Shown: in pieces, positions 11,301-20,601 of the stretch
How positions within the stretch are numbered: position 1 is the first letter of the stretch
How the letters are laid out: every line of letters begins with the position of its first letter
Assembly (NCBI GenBank): GCA_964525995.1
Contig: CAZGIM010000001.1
Span: 250,445 to 314,444, forward strand
DNA length: 64,000 nucleotides
Direction: 5' to 3'
DNA from: an uncultured Prolixibacteraceae bacterium
GTDB taxonomy: Bacteria; Bacteroidota; Bacteroidia; Bacteroidales; FEN-979
The notes under the pieces: model-generated
What the model was told of the DNA's origin: nothing
The model's database searches: none
What the model saw: only the letters and a program-made list of their open reading frames with translations
Position numbers and translations under genes: made by a program

Positions 11301-12175
11301 CCGTGAGATTTTTCCTTAGAAAAAATCCGGTTTACAAAGGGAAAGTGGAAGTGGCCGATGGCAGGTTTTCGTTTTCATTTATCGTCCCTAAAGACATTGC
11401 ATTACAGTACGGGATCGGAAAGATCAGCTACTATGCCCGCAGCGCTGAGACCGATGCCAGCGGATTCGACGAAAATATCCAGGTCGGAGGTTACAACAAT
11501 GAAGCGCCGGTTGATGACCAGGGACCGGAATTGTCGCTCTTCATAAACGACTTTCATTTTGTTTCGGGGGGAATCACGAATTCGAAACCGACACTGATTG
11601 CCGTTATGAGCGATTCATCAGGCATCAACACGGTGGGTAATGGAATCGGTCACGATATCACAGCCATCCTGGACAATAAAACTACCACCCCGATGATCCT
11701 GAATGATTATTATGTATCAGATCTGAATACTTTCAAGAGCGGGGTTATCCAATATCCATTGAGCCAATTGGAAGATGGCTTGCACACGATTACCGTTAAA
11801 GTCTGGGATGTCTATAATAACTCCACTGAAAGTGCCATCGACTTTTTAGTTGTATCGTCAGCGGAGTTTGCCTTTCAACATCTCATCAATTACCCGAATC
11901 CGATGCGTGACCAAACCACCTTCTGCTGGGAAACCAATCAGGTCAATCAAACGCTGGAAGTTGAAATCCGCATCTTCTCACTTTGGGGCGATCTGGTAAA
12001 AGTAATCAGTCAGACCATTGAATCGCAGGGTTACCGGAATGTTTCAATACACTGGGATGGCACGCAGGATAGCGGCCGGAAGATATCTACCGGCACCTAC
12101 ATTTACCAGGTTCGTTTGAAAATTCCTGATGGCACCATCAAGAGCCAGTCGTCAAAGTTGGTGGTAATTCGCTGA
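8318..12175 (+). CDS. porU: T9SS C-terminal-signal peptidase/sortase PorU (peptidase C25 family)
   Basis: 1285-aa ORF with signal peptide; gingipain-like core with NYIGHGGE (His) and TATCEFSRFD (Cys); retained C-terminal CTD-like domain (NYPNPM...KLVVIR); lies upstream of porV. Confidence 0.85.
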   Translation: MNHKILHCLLITAITIILLAAGIARGSTEISSGPYNLKWKPIRSQQDTSTYYPNILTFEGSLLDEKFGLLPVFSCYVAPPATGDTIVSITITDPVYLTIGDTSMLPLRDVELIRKEVAIWNEQVSYSDEVSYRISVMPVRRDSSTGMLQALISFGISVKFEAADRPDNGSGLPRYASSSVLATGSWYKFSVTNSGIFRIGYEDLRSAGIDPATIDPRFIRLYGNGGGMLPESNAKSRVDDLLENSIYVYGEEDGRFDPGDYILFYGQSPDTWTFTKTDQLFHHAKNAYSDYTYYFLNFDQGLGKRIGTESSVSDPATLTATTFNDYAFYEKDDKNLAKTGREWWDQQYFDITTVRNYAFSFPNIDGAQKVTLTCNLAARSTVGSSAFTIAAQGNSLLTVTIPSTSGTFDDDFAKQVTSSASFLTANPAIDIRLSYLKSSSSSVGYLNYIEVNAIRNLIMNGSQMSFRSATATSQGAVTEFVVSSNGQNLRFWDVTSIDNIRELNAVKTGNDYVFRVATGTLREFIAYDGSSFAAPSFTGKVENQNLHATQSVDYIIVTHPLFLDEAERLAQFHREQSQFSVLVTTPEKIYNEFSSGAQDITAIRDFVRMMYNKAEPGKEPAYLLLFGDASYDYKDRIQNNTNFVPSYASVESFNPVSSFVADDYFGKLKENEGQSAAGNMVIGIGRFPVATLAEARSAVDKVIHYSTNAQAVMSDWRNVITFVADDQNEGNNMFIEDSEDIAKGIENQYKSYNVDKIYSDAYTMVSTPGGARYPEVNEVINKRVEKGCLIMNYIGHGGEVGWAHERILEVPDIKAWRNFNNMPVFVTATCEFSRFDDPERTSAGEWVFLNSNGGGISLFTTTRLTFAYTNKTLLDRFYQYLFVKYQGKYPRMGDLIREAKDSLGSAPNIHSFVLLGDPAMKIAYPDLNVVTTSINTRENNSAPDTLKALSVITIQGEVRDASGSRQDDFSGTIFPTVYDKPSEIWTKANYGYDDPVRFFLRKNPVYKGKVEVADGRFSFSFIVPKDIALQYGIGKISYYARSAETDASGFDENIQVGGYNNEAPVDDQGPELSLFINDFHFVSGGITNSKPTLIAVMSDSSGINTVGNGIGHDITAILDNKTTTPMILNDYYVSDLNTFKSGVIQYPLSQLEDGLHTITVKVWDVYNNSTESAIDFLVVSSAEFAFQHLINYPNPMRDQTTFCWETNQVNQTLEVEIRIFSLWGDLVKVISQTIESQGYRNVSIHWDGTQDSGRKISTGTYIYQVRLKIPDGTIKSQSSKLVVIR

Positions 12176-12180
12176 TTTAC

Positions 12181-12188
12181 TATCTTTG
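12181..12188 (+). promoter_or_regulatory. candidate -7 box (TATCTTTG) in the porU/porU2 gap
   Basis: exact TAnnTTTG match 6 nt after the porU stop and ending 15 nt before the ATG at 12204; partial -33 (GTTG, 12157..12160) with a 20-nt spacer. Confidence 0.4.
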
Positions 12189-12203
12189 CAAATTATTCAG
12201 AAG

Positions 12204-15200
12204 ATGAACCGGACCCTCGTCATTGCAGTATTTCTGCTCCTGTTACCCTGGTCGCTTACGGCTGCCTTACCACACAAGGATTCCTCGGTGCTAGCCCAGG
12301 GGCGATGGTTTAAACTGGTTGTTACTGAAACCGGTATTCACAAGGTCACCTACAACGATTTTATCGCCCTCGGCATCGATCCGGCTACCGTCGAGGTATC
12401 AAAAATCAGAATATTTGGAAACGGCAGCGGTATGCTTCCCGAGATGAACATAACCCCGCGAATTGACGATCTCAGGGAGGTAGCCATTATGGTAAGGGAC
12501 GGCGGAAATGGAAGGCTAGATCAGGGAGACGATCTTTTGTTTTACGGGGAGCAGGCTGATAAATGGAGCTTTGACCGGCAAAAGCAGTATTTTATCCACC
12601 AGCAGAATCTATACTCCGATTCAACCTACTATTTTCTGAATATCAATACTACTAACGGATTACGTATTCTCAACGACACACCTCCTCCTGTTAATCCGAT
12701 CAATATTATTACCCGGTATGAAGACTACCAGCTGCACGAACTTGATTCATTGAACCTGCTCCGTTCAGGACGGGAGTGGTATGGCGAAGTTTTTGATAAT
12801 TCGAAGAACAGCCGTGATTTCCATTTTCTGATTCCGGATATCGATTCCACATTAATATTCAGGCTTCGCACCAGCGTTGTTGCCAAGGCACCCAATGTCA
12901 GTTATTTTCTTGTTTCACATAATGGCAAAAAAATCGATTCGCTGAAGGTTGATTCATCCGACCCTACAGCTTATACCCTGATGGGAAGGGCCACCACCAA
13001 GTATTCGTATATTTCAAATCCCGGATCTGAATTCACGATCAATCTGACTTATAAAATGCCGACTTTCAATTCCGTCGGTTGGCTTAACTACCTTGAATTG
13101 AGTTATGCAAAAAAACTGATCTGGTCGGGACCTCAAATGCCTTTCAGATGCGGTACCATCAGCGGGCCGGGTCAATATTCGGAATTTAGAATGGCACTGG
13201 CAAATTCATCCGTTCAAATCTGGGATGTCACCGACCCATCGGCCACAACGGCGCTCCAGACTTCACTTATTGATGGTACGCTCCGTTTTTTCAGAGAGTC
13301 CGATACCTTGCGCGAATTCATCGCATTCGACCAATCCTTCTTCTATCCCGTGAAATGTGCCGGTGAAGTTGAAAACCAAAACCTTCATGCCGCTGATCCC
13401 ACTGACCTCGTCATTATTACGCATCCTTTATTTGAAGATCAGGCGCAACAGCTTGCAGCATTTCACCGTGAAACAAACGGGTTAACTGTATTAGTCGCCA
13501 CAACCAACCAGGTATTTAATGAATTTGGAGGAGGTAGGCCCGATCCCACTGCCATCAGGGATTTCATGAAACTCCTGTACGACCGGTCCAGCGAAACTGC
13601 CCCCAGGTACCTGTTGTTGTTTGGCGATGGTTCCTACGATCCGAAAAACAGGATTCCGGGCAACAACAATTTTATCCCTACGTTCCAGTCACAGGAATCG
13701 CTGGCAGGAACGGCATCCTATGTCACCGACGACTATTTCGGGATATTGGCCGACCAGTCGGGACAGAGTTCCAACGGCCGTATCGATATCGGAATAGGCC
13801 GATTCCCGGTCTCAACAGCCGAAGAGGCCCAGATAATGGTTCAAAAAATATTGCATTACGATGAAAAAACCGAACCTGTCAGATCTTCCTGGAGAAATAA
13901 CATCACCTTTGTCGCCGACGACGAAAACCTGAATCTTCACCTTCACCAGGCAGAAGAACTTTGTACCATCGTTGCTCAGAAATATCCGGTTTTCAACATC
14001 AGTAAGATTTTCCTCGACGCCTATCAGATAGAGGCAATCCCTGGCGGCTACCGATTCCCGGATGCGACCGCCGCCATCAACAGATCGGTTGAACAGGGAT
14101 CGCTTATTATCAACTATACCGGACATGGCGGTGAAACAGGATGGAGTTACGAACAAGCCCTGAATACCTCCGACATCCAGTCATGGAGCAATATCGACCG
14201 ACTGCCTGTTTTTATTACCGCAACGTGTGAATTCAGCAGGTTTGACAATCCTGAACGGTTCACGGCCGGCGAAATGTTGATCCTTCACGAAAATGGCGGC
14301 GCCATTGCGCTCTATTCAACTACACGGCTTGCATTCGCCGGTCAGAATATTAAACTCGATACCAGCTTTTTCCACCATTTGATGGATCGGGATGACAACG
14401 GAGCTTATGTAAAAATGGGCGATCTGATACGGATCTCAAAAAATAACAACCTCAACAGCGAATCGCTGCGAAATTTTGTGTTATTAGGCGACCCGGCTCA
14501 AAATATTGCCTTCCCCGAAATGAAGGTGAACACCAGAGAGATCAATCACGTCATGCCCGACGAGGCCGACACGGTACAGGGGATGTCGAATTTGGTAATC
14601 AAGGGTCGCATTGAGGATGAGGGTGGACATATGCTTACCTCCTTTGAAGGATCCGTGAATTGTAAGATATTCGACAAACCGGTCACCTACCGTACCCTTG
14701 GAAACCGACCCGGCGAAACCTACCCGGAAGAATTCAAAATGCAGAACAGCCTGATATTTAACGGAGATGCCCCGGTGACTCATGGCGAATTCATTGTAAA
14801 TTGTATCATTCCCAAAGGCATCTCACTGCCCTTCGGATCCGGAAAAATCTCCTATTATGCCCGGAGTGATGAGCTTGATGCAAACGGGTACTACGATAAA
14901 ATTGTAGTCGGAGGGATGGAAAACATTTCGCCGGTGAACCCGGGCCCGGATATTGCTTTGTTCCTTAATGACCGTACGTTCATCCCGGGATCACGGACAA
15001 CCCCTGCACCGCTGTTGCTGGCTGACCTTTACGATGCCAATGGTATCAACGCTATCGGACTGGGCATAGGTCATGAAATTACGGCAACCATCGATAACGA
15101 CCGGGTTCACGCAATTCTCCTGAATGATTATTACCAGCCCGAATTCAATTCTTATACCAGCGGTACGGTGACCTTTAAACTGCCGCAAATGAACACCGGC

Positions 15201-15599
15201 CTGCATACTCTTTCGCTGAAGGCATGGGACCTGTTTGACAACTCCTCCGAGCAAGCGATCAAGTTTTTTGTGTCTGAAACGCAGCAATTGACCGTGAAAA
15301 ATGTCATCAACGCCCCGAACCCGATGTTTGATCATACCACCTTTCTCTTTGAACCTCAGCAACACGTGGAGGGCGGCATTGAAGTGCAGATACAGATTCA
15401 CGATCTGAACGGACAACTGCTCCAGGTACTGAAAACCAACTGGACGACACCGACCGATCAATCAATGGCACTTACCTGGGATGGAAGAGATGCCAATGGC
15501 CGGAAGTTGAATTCCGGTCTTTATCCATATAAAATTATTTTTAAAGGCTCCGATGGATCCTATTCTGAAACTACTCAAAAATTAGTGATTATCAGGTGA
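12204..15599 (+). CDS. second PorU-like C25 peptidase (tandem paralogue)
   Basis: ORF 12186..15599 (TTG); ATG 12204 gives MNRTLVIAVFLLLL signal peptide; collinear with PorU from SSVLAQGRWFKL onward; keeps NYTGHGGE and TATCEFSRFD; C-terminal CTD-like domain (NAPNPM...KLVIIR); lacks the ~170-aa N-terminal extension of copy 1. Confidence 0.8.
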   Translation: MNRTLVIAVFLLLLPWSLTAALPHKDSSVLAQGRWFKLVVTETGIHKVTYNDFIALGIDPATVEVSKIRIFGNGSGMLPEMNITPRIDDLREVAIMVRDGGNGRLDQGDDLLFYGEQADKWSFDRQKQYFIHQQNLYSDSTYYFLNINTTNGLRILNDTPPPVNPINIITRYEDYQLHELDSLNLLRSGREWYGEVFDNSKNSRDFHFLIPDIDSTLIFRLRTSVVAKAPNVSYFLVSHNGKKIDSLKVDSSDPTAYTLMGRATTKYSYISNPGSEFTINLTYKMPTFNSVGWLNYLELSYAKKLIWSGPQMPFRCGTISGPGQYSEFRMALANSSVQIWDVTDPSATTALQTSLIDGTLRFFRESDTLREFIAFDQSFFYPVKCAGEVENQNLHAADPTDLVIITHPLFEDQAQQLAAFHRETNGLTVLVATTNQVFNEFGGGRPDPTAIRDFMKLLYDRSSETAPRYLLLFGDGSYDPKNRIPGNNNFIPTFQSQESLAGTASYVTDDYFGILADQSGQSSNGRIDIGIGRFPVSTAEEAQIMVQKILHYDEKTEPVRSSWRNNITFVADDENLNLHLHQAEELCTIVAQKYPVFNISKIFLDAYQIEAIPGGYRFPDATAAINRSVEQGSLIINYTGHGGETGWSYEQALNTSDIQSWSNIDRLPVFITATCEFSRFDNPERFTAGEMLILHENGGAIALYSTTRLAFAGQNIKLDTSFFHHLMDRDDNGAYVKMGDLIRISKNNNLNSESLRNFVLLGDPAQNIAFPEMKVNTREINHVMPDEADTVQGMSNLVIKGRIEDEGGHMLTSFEGSVNCKIFDKPVTYRTLGNRPGETYPEEFKMQNSLIFNGDAPVTHGEFIVNCIIPKGISLPFGSGKISYYARSDELDANGYYDKIVVGGMENISPVNPGPDIALFLNDRTFIPGSRTTPAPLLLADLYDANGINAIGLGIGHEITATIDNDRVHAILLNDYYQPEFNSYTSGTVTFKLPQMNTGLHTLSLKAWDLFDNSSEQAIKFFVSETQQLTVKNVINAPNPMFDHTTFLFEPQQHVEGGIEVQIQIHDLNGQLLQVLKTNWTTPTDQSMALTWDGRDANGRKLNSGLYPYKIIFKGSDGSYSETTQKLVIIR

Positions 15600-15703
15600 A
15601 GGTGATTTTTTTATCTTTTGAAATCTGAACCGTGCAATAACTTTTAGGCAATATCGTTTATTTGCCTGTTGTTTAATATTTATACTTTAACGATCAATTT
15701 AGA

Positions 15704-16933
15704 ATGAATCAAATGAAGATCCGGTCACTTTTTGTAGTGGCCTTGACCATGGCAATGACCTCATTGTTCGGACAAGGGACAGAACCAACAGACGGAAGCA
15801 GGGTCATTTCCACTGCCGTTCCCTTTATTTCAATTGCCCCGGATGCCCGAGGTGGCGGTATGGGTGACCTGGGCGCGGCAACCACTCCGGATGCCTACTC
15901 GATGTACTGGAATCCTGCAAAATATGCATTTGTGGATAAAGCATTCGGTTTTGGAATTGGTTACGTTCCATGGTTGAGGGGTCTGGTTAATGATATCGGA
16001 CTGGCTTCTCTGGTCGGTTACGGGAAACTTGGCGATAAACAGGCCATTGCCGGTTCACTCAGGTTTTTCTCCATGGGAGCCGTTATGTTTACCAATGATG
16101 TCGGCCAGGAATTAGGAGAGGTTAAACCAAACGAATGGACCGTTGATTTAACCTATGCCCGGAAATTTTCACGGGAGTTCTCAGGAGCCGTTGCCGCACG
16201 GTTTATCTATTCCAACCTGGTACCGGTAAACTATTCCAATTATGATGTCAGGCCCGGAACCTCCATAGCGGCCGACGTTGCCATCTATTACCATCATGAA
16301 ATGGAGGTTGCAGGTATTTCAGGCGCCTCCATTGATGCGGGTTTGGATATTTCGAATATCGGGGCAAAAATGTCGTACAGCAGTACATCGGTGGTCCGCG
16401 ACTTTATCCCTACCACCCTCCGTATCGGCCCCTCCTTCACTATGGACATTGATGATTATAACCGTCTTTCGGTCTCTCTCGATTTCACTAAACTGCTTGT
16501 ACCCACGCCCCCCGTCTATGAGCTCGATTCGAATGGCAGCCCGGTCGTCGGTCCCGATGGTAAGAAAGTCATTGCCTACGGTATGGATCCTGACGTCTCT
16601 CCGGTCAAGGGTATGATCCAGTCGTTTTATGATGCCCCCTGGGGATTCAAGGAGGAGATGCAGGAGATCAATGTCGCCATCGCAGCTGAATACTGGTATA
16701 ACAAGCTGTTTTCAATCCGTGCCGGTTATTTTTATGAATCAAAATATAAGGGCGATCGGCAATTTGTGACATTAGGCGCCGGATTGCGATACAATGTTTT
16801 TGGTCTTGACTTCAGCTATCTATTGCCGATCAAAAATAATAACCCGTTACAGAATACCTTGCAATTTACCCTGTTGTTCAATTTCGACCGGGCAAAATCC
16901 TCCGATACTAAGGAAGAAAAGGGAACCAATTAG
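15704..16933 (+). CDS. porV: T9SS outer-membrane shuttle protein PorV (LptO)
   Basis: 409-aa ORF with signal peptide; AVPFISIAPDARGGGMGDLGAATTPD and YWNPAKYAF motifs typical of PorV; canonical position after porU. Confidence 0.9.
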   Translation: MNQMKIRSLFVVALTMAMTSLFGQGTEPTDGSRVISTAVPFISIAPDARGGGMGDLGAATTPDAYSMYWNPAKYAFVDKAFGFGIGYVPWLRGLVNDIGLASLVGYGKLGDKQAIAGSLRFFSMGAVMFTNDVGQELGEVKPNEWTVDLTYARKFSREFSGAVAARFIYSNLVPVNYSNYDVRPGTSIAADVAIYYHHEMEVAGISGASIDAGLDISNIGAKMSYSSTSVVRDFIPTTLRIGPSFTMDIDDYNRLSVSLDFTKLLVPTPPVYELDSNGSPVVGPDGKKVIAYGMDPDVSPVKGMIQSFYDAPWGFKEEMQEINVAIAAEYWYNKLFSIRAGYFYESKYKGDRQFVTLGAGLRYNVFGLDFSYLLPIKNNNPLQNTLQFTLLFNFDRAKSSDTKEEKGTN

Positions 16934-16985
16934 GGATAAGCTGGCGGGAAAAACAGAATATCCACGTTCGCCATACAGGAAATAT

Positions 16986-17468
16986 ATGTTCCGGATAGGA
17001 TTTGGATTTGATACCCATCAGCTAAAAGAGGATCTTCCGTTTTACTTAGGAGGAATTCAAATTCCCCATACCAAAGGCGCAGTAGGTCATTCCGACGGAG
17101 ATACCCTGATACATGCCATCATTGACGCCCTGCTCGGAGCTGCCGGATTACCGGATATCGGGAATCAGTTTCCGGATCACGACAAGCAGTATAAGGATAT
17201 CGACAGTAAGCTATTGCTGACTGATACGGTTGGGAAAATCCGTAAAACAGGCCTTGAGATCGGAAATATCGATTCTACCATCGTCTTGCAAACTCCTAAG
17301 CTTCAGACCCTGATCCCGCAAATGAAAACGACTTTGGCAAAGGTGTTAGGGATCCGACCAGACCAACTTTCCATTAAGGCAAAAACCAACGAAAAACTCG
17401 GTTTTATCGGCCGCGAAGAGGGCGTTTCAGCCTATGCCGTAGTATTGCTGTTATCGGAAAAACCGTAG
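16986..17468 (+). CDS. ispF: 2-C-methyl-D-erythritol 2,4-cyclodiphosphate synthase
   Basis: ORF 16794..17468; IspF begins at internal ATG 16986 (MFRIGFGFDTHQL...HSDGDTLIHAIIDALLGA); the upstream part of the ORF overlaps porV. Confidence 0.9.
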   Translation: MFRIGFGFDTHQLKEDLPFYLGGIQIPHTKGAVGHSDGDTLIHAIIDALLGAAGLPDIGNQFPDHDKQYKDIDSKLLLTDTVGKIRKTGLEIGNIDSTIVLQTPKLQTLIPQMKTTLAKVLGIRPDQLSIKAKTNEKLGFIGREEGVSAYAVVLLLSEKP

Positions 17469-19298
17469 ATCGAAATTATCGATCAGCATTGCGCCTTTCC
17501 CGGTGTTCCAAAGATAGATTTTCAGAATCCCATCCGGGTTGGCTATTTCAGGAAGCATCAGCGAAAAATTGATTTCGCGCCACACCTGTCCTGAAGTAAC
17601 CGGAATATCGTTCACCCTGAACCCCTGCCACCAGTCCTCAACACCATTGATTTTCTGCATGCTCAGAACTACCAACACCTGGTTGCTGGTTCCGGCAATA
17701 CTATCGTAAATCATGGCCCTTCCTTCAATGAAAAACCAACCGGGAATCGTTCCCAGCGCTGCAGCCCTGATTGCCAGACCGGGGCTGAAGGTGTGGGTAG
17801 AGTCAAGATAACCGGCATTCGAACCGGCAAAAGCATTATGGGTAAAGACCGTCAGGGCCTGGTTCCAATTGCTGTCGGCCCGTTCAAATCCGGCCCTGTA
17901 ATGCCGGACCGCATGCCGGGTATTCACGGCAAAATCAGCCATTTCCCGGTTACCGCCCAGACTGTTGAATACCGCCGAATCAGTCCGGAGAAAGACATGC
18001 CAATACTTCTCCCGGTTCATGCTGTTTGGCTGGATGATCCGGTGGCTATATTGCCAGGTTTGGATCAGGTTGACGATGATCAGGATAACAGCCAGTAAAT
18101 AAGCCGTGGCAGTCCCGGTTTTCGTTTTCATTATTGCATTCAGAAGAAGGGCGATCAGAAGCGTATAAATGCCGTAGTAATCAATAAAGGCCCGCAGGCC
18201 AAATCCGTCGCCATAATACCAGTTCCACCAGCTTGCAACAATCCAGGTGCTGATGAAAAGGAACAAAATCATGCTGATCCATCGGCGGAATTCCTTCGGG
18301 CGAATCATGAAGATACCGGGCAGGGCGAGCAGGATCGCGGGCGTATAAATAAACAATCCTTTCCGGTAACTGAACAGTACATCGGTAACGTGCGGATCTC
18401 CGAACCTGAAACCCTCTCCGGTATATGGCCAGATAAAAAAGTGTCCGGTTTGAGAATACCAAAGAACTGGCTGAACCAACAGGATCAGTACCAACGGGAT
18501 GAGGAAAGCGATTAGCTGGTTTTTCTTGGAACGCAGGTATTGCATCACCTGTCCGGGTACCGCCTGCCGGTTGACGAAAAATGGGACCAGCAACAGAATA
18601 ACTAGGTTGGTGGGCCTGATCAGGACGACAAGTCCGAGGAACATTCCCAATACTGCCACACGGCCGGTGTTGGCTTTTTCCGACAGGATTAAAAGAGTAT
18701 AAAGAAAACCGTTAATGGCAAAAAATGAGAAGACATGCGACATGGTCTGTTGCCACAAACCATAATAAAAGAGGTTGGTGCCGAAAGCCAGCAAGAGGAG
18801 GGAACAAACTACAACCTTCCGGTTGATTTTGTAAATCTCTAATGTTCTTACCAAAAACCAGAATCCGGTGATCAGGTAAAAGAGGGACCCTATGCCGGTG
18901 AAAAACTGGAAAAAGAATGAATACCCGTCAACAGGCGTTCCGAAAAGAACGGAGAAAAGCAACCCGGCAAGGAAAAACGGTAAGAGCAGCAGCGCCTCAC
19001 CGGCAAAATACTTGTTCAGGTTCTTTTCATCGTATCTGACCAGATAACCGGGTTTATACCGGGGATAATCAAGTAACCGGGATTCCCGTTGAACCACTTG
19101 ATCAAACGACAGGTCCCTGTCGATCAACAGTGCCGGCAGATAGGCATAATAGCCACGGCCGTCGCTCGTTACAATATGTTTCCAGGTGCCGGCCGGATCG
19201 CTGAATATTCTTGCCCCTAAGAAAAAGGAGAGAAAAAACACCGCCAGGATCAGGGAAAGAAGAAAAGAAAAAGATTGTTTTGGTTGTATATTATTCAT
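17451..19298 (-). CDS. polytopic membrane protein, GT-C/ArnT-PMT-like glycosyltransferase candidate
   Basis: 615-aa ORF; at least 10 hydrophobic helices, N-terminal DGRGYYAYLPALLIDRDLSF motif, ~180-aa soluble beta-rich C-terminal domain; family not identified; 3' end overlaps ispF convergently by 18 nt. Confidence 0.5.
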   Translation of the reverse strand: MNNIQPKQSFSFLLSLILAVFFLSFFLGARIFSDPAGTWKHIVTSDGRGYYAYLPALLIDRDLSFDQVVQRESRLLDYPRYKPGYLVRYDEKNLNKYFAGEALLLLPFFLAGLLFSVLFGTPVDGYSFFFQFFTGIGSLFYLITGFWFLVRTLEIYKINRKVVVCSLLLLAFGTNLFYYGLWQQTMSHVFSFFAINGFLYTLLILSEKANTGRVAVLGMFLGLVVLIRPTNLVILLLVPFFVNRQAVPGQVMQYLRSKKNQLIAFLIPLVLILLVQPVLWYSQTGHFFIWPYTGEGFRFGDPHVTDVLFSYRKGLFIYTPAILLALPGIFMIRPKEFRRWISMILFLFISTWIVASWWNWYYGDGFGLRAFIDYYGIYTLLIALLLNAIMKTKTGTATAYLLAVILIIVNLIQTWQYSHRIIQPNSMNREKYWHVFLRTDSAVFNSLGGNREMADFAVNTRHAVRHYRAGFERADSNWNQALTVFTHNAFAGSNAGYLDSTHTFSPGLAIRAAALGTIPGWFFIEGRAMIYDSIAGTSNQVLVVLSMQKINGVEDWWQGFRVNDIPVTSGQVWREINFSLMLPEIANPDGILKIYLWNTGKGAMLIDNFDLRFFR

Positions 19299-19357
19299 GA
19301 TAGATCCTGAAAATCGTCCGTATCACATTCCTGCATCAAAAATAATAAACATAGTAA

Positions 19358-19389
19358 TTTGGTGAACTGATTAATTCTACGTACTTTTG
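19358..19389 (+). promoter_or_regulatory. candidate sigmaA promoter of the rpsF-rpsR-rplI operon (-33 TTTG / -7 TACTTTTG)
   Basis: TTTG at 19358..19361, 20-nt spacer, TACTTTTG at 19382..19389, 45 nt upstream of the rpsF ATG. Confidence 0.6.
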
Positions 19390-19434
19390 CAGACCTTTTT
19401 TCAACATAGTCACAAATTTAAAAATCAACAAGAA

Positions 19435-19791
19435 ATGTTAAAACAGTACGAAACCGTTTTCATTATGACTCCCGTTTTGTCTGATGAACAGATGAAGGAA
19501 ACGGTAGAAAAGTATCAAAAATTTCTTACCGGCAAAGGAGCCGAGATCATTTTTGAGGAAAACTGGGGGTTGCGCAAATTAGCCTATCCCATTCAGAAAA
19601 AGTCAACCGGTTTTTACCATTTGATTGAGTTTAAAGCCGATGCTTCGATTATTCGTGAATGGGAAGTGACTTTCAAACGCGATGAGCGTATTCTCCGATT
19701 TCTGACCGTTGTTCTTGATAAGCACATGCTGGCTTATAACGAGAAGAAAAGGAATAAAGCAAAAGCGGCTAAAGAAGAAAAAGCACAGTAA
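19435..19791 (+). CDS. rpsF: 30S ribosomal protein S6
   Basis: ORF 19387..19791; S6 begins at ATG 19435 ([19 protein letters not shown]...); Lys-rich tail. Confidence 0.9.
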   Translation: MLKQYETVFIMTPVLSDEQMKETVEKYQKFLTGKGAEIIFEENWGLRKLAYPIQKKSTGFYHLIEFKADASIIREWEVTFKRDERILRFLTVVLDKHMLAYNEKKRNKAKAAKEEKAQ

Positions 19792-19811
19792 CAACTCAAA
19801 AATTTTTTATC

Positions 19812-20084
19812 ATGGCAACACAACAACAAGGCGAAATAAAATATCTGACCCCGATAGCGGTCGATACCAAGAAGAAAAAATATTGCCGCTTTAAAAAGAG
19901 TGGCATCAAGTATATCGATTATAAAGATGCCGACTTTCTGCTCAAGTTCGTAAATGAGCAGGGAAAACTCCTTCCGCGCCGGATTACCGGAACCTCTACG
20001 AAATATCAGCGCAAAGTAGCCCAGGCTGTTAAACGCGCCCGCCATATCGCTCTTTTACCCTATGTTGGAGATTTATTAAAATAA
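19812..20084 (+). CDS. rpsR: 30S ribosomal protein S18
   Basis: 90-aa ORF; KKYCRFKK...IDYKD...[32 protein letters not shown]. Confidence 0.92.
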   Translation: MATQQQGEIKYLTPIAVDTKKKKYCRFKKSGIKYIDYKDADFLLKFVNEQGKLLPRRITGTSTKYQRKVAQAVKRARHIALLPYVGDLLK

Positions 20085-20097
20085 GGAGGACGAAACC

Positions 20098-20547
20098 ATG
20101 GAAGTAATTTTAAAACAAGACGTCCTGAACCTGGGATATGCCAATGAAAAGGTAACCGTGAAACCGGGCTATGCTCGAAACTACCTGATCCCTCAGGGTA
20201 TTGCCATTCCGGCAACAGAATCGAACAAGAAAGTGTTGGCTGAAACCCTTAAACAAAAGGCGCACAAGGAAGCAAAAATCAAGAAATCAGCCGAAGATCT
20301 TTCGCAAAGTCTCAAGGATATTGTCGTGAAGATCGGGGCCAAAGCCGCCGAAAGCGGAAAGATTTTCGGATCGGTGAATGCCATTCAGATTGCCCAAGCC
20401 CTTAAAGAACAGTTCAACTTCGACATCGACCGGAAGAAAATACATGTCGATCAGGAACACATCAAAGAACTGGGAACTTACAAAGCAAAGGTCCACCTTC
20501 ATAAAGAGGTGCACATCGAAATTTCGTTCGAGGTTTTTGCCGAATAA
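20098..20547 (+). CDS. rplI: 50S ribosomal protein L9
   Basis: 149-aa ORF; MEVILKQDVLNLGYANEKVTVKPGYARNYLIPQGIA; completes the conserved S6-S18-L9 operon. Confidence 0.92.
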   Translation: MEVILKQDVLNLGYANEKVTVKPGYARNYLIPQGIAIPATESNKKVLAETLKQKAHKEAKIKKSAEDLSQSLKDIVVKIGAKAAESGKIFGSVNAIQIAQALKEQFNFDIDRKKIHVDQEHIKELGTYKAKVHLHKEVHIEISFEVFAE

Positions 20548-20570
20548 CAAATACGGATTTTTGTAACTTT

Positions 20571-20601
20571 ATCCCGGGATCTTAATATTCCGGGATTTTT
20601 T
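20571..20601 (+). terminator. intrinsic terminator after rplI
   Basis: ATCCCGG (20571..20577) pairs with CCGGGAT (20590..20596), followed by TTTTT; ends at the next ATG. Confidence 0.6.

Noticed and set aside
8692-15461. Numerous 60-156-aa ORFs antisense or out of frame inside the two porU genes
   Set aside because: They are shadow ORFs within long, well-supported coding regions, with no independent start or motif support.
16794-16985. N-terminal extension of the ispF ORF (224-aa version)
   Set aside because: It overlaps the 3' end of porV in another frame and has an unlikely composition. The canonical IspF N-terminus starts at ATG 16986.
17451-17468. 18-nt convergent overlap of ispF and the GT-C-like membrane protein gene (and a similar 8-nt overlap of the symporter and folC at 1577..1584)
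   Set aside because: Short convergent overlaps are common in compact genomes, and there is no evidence of regulatory significance.
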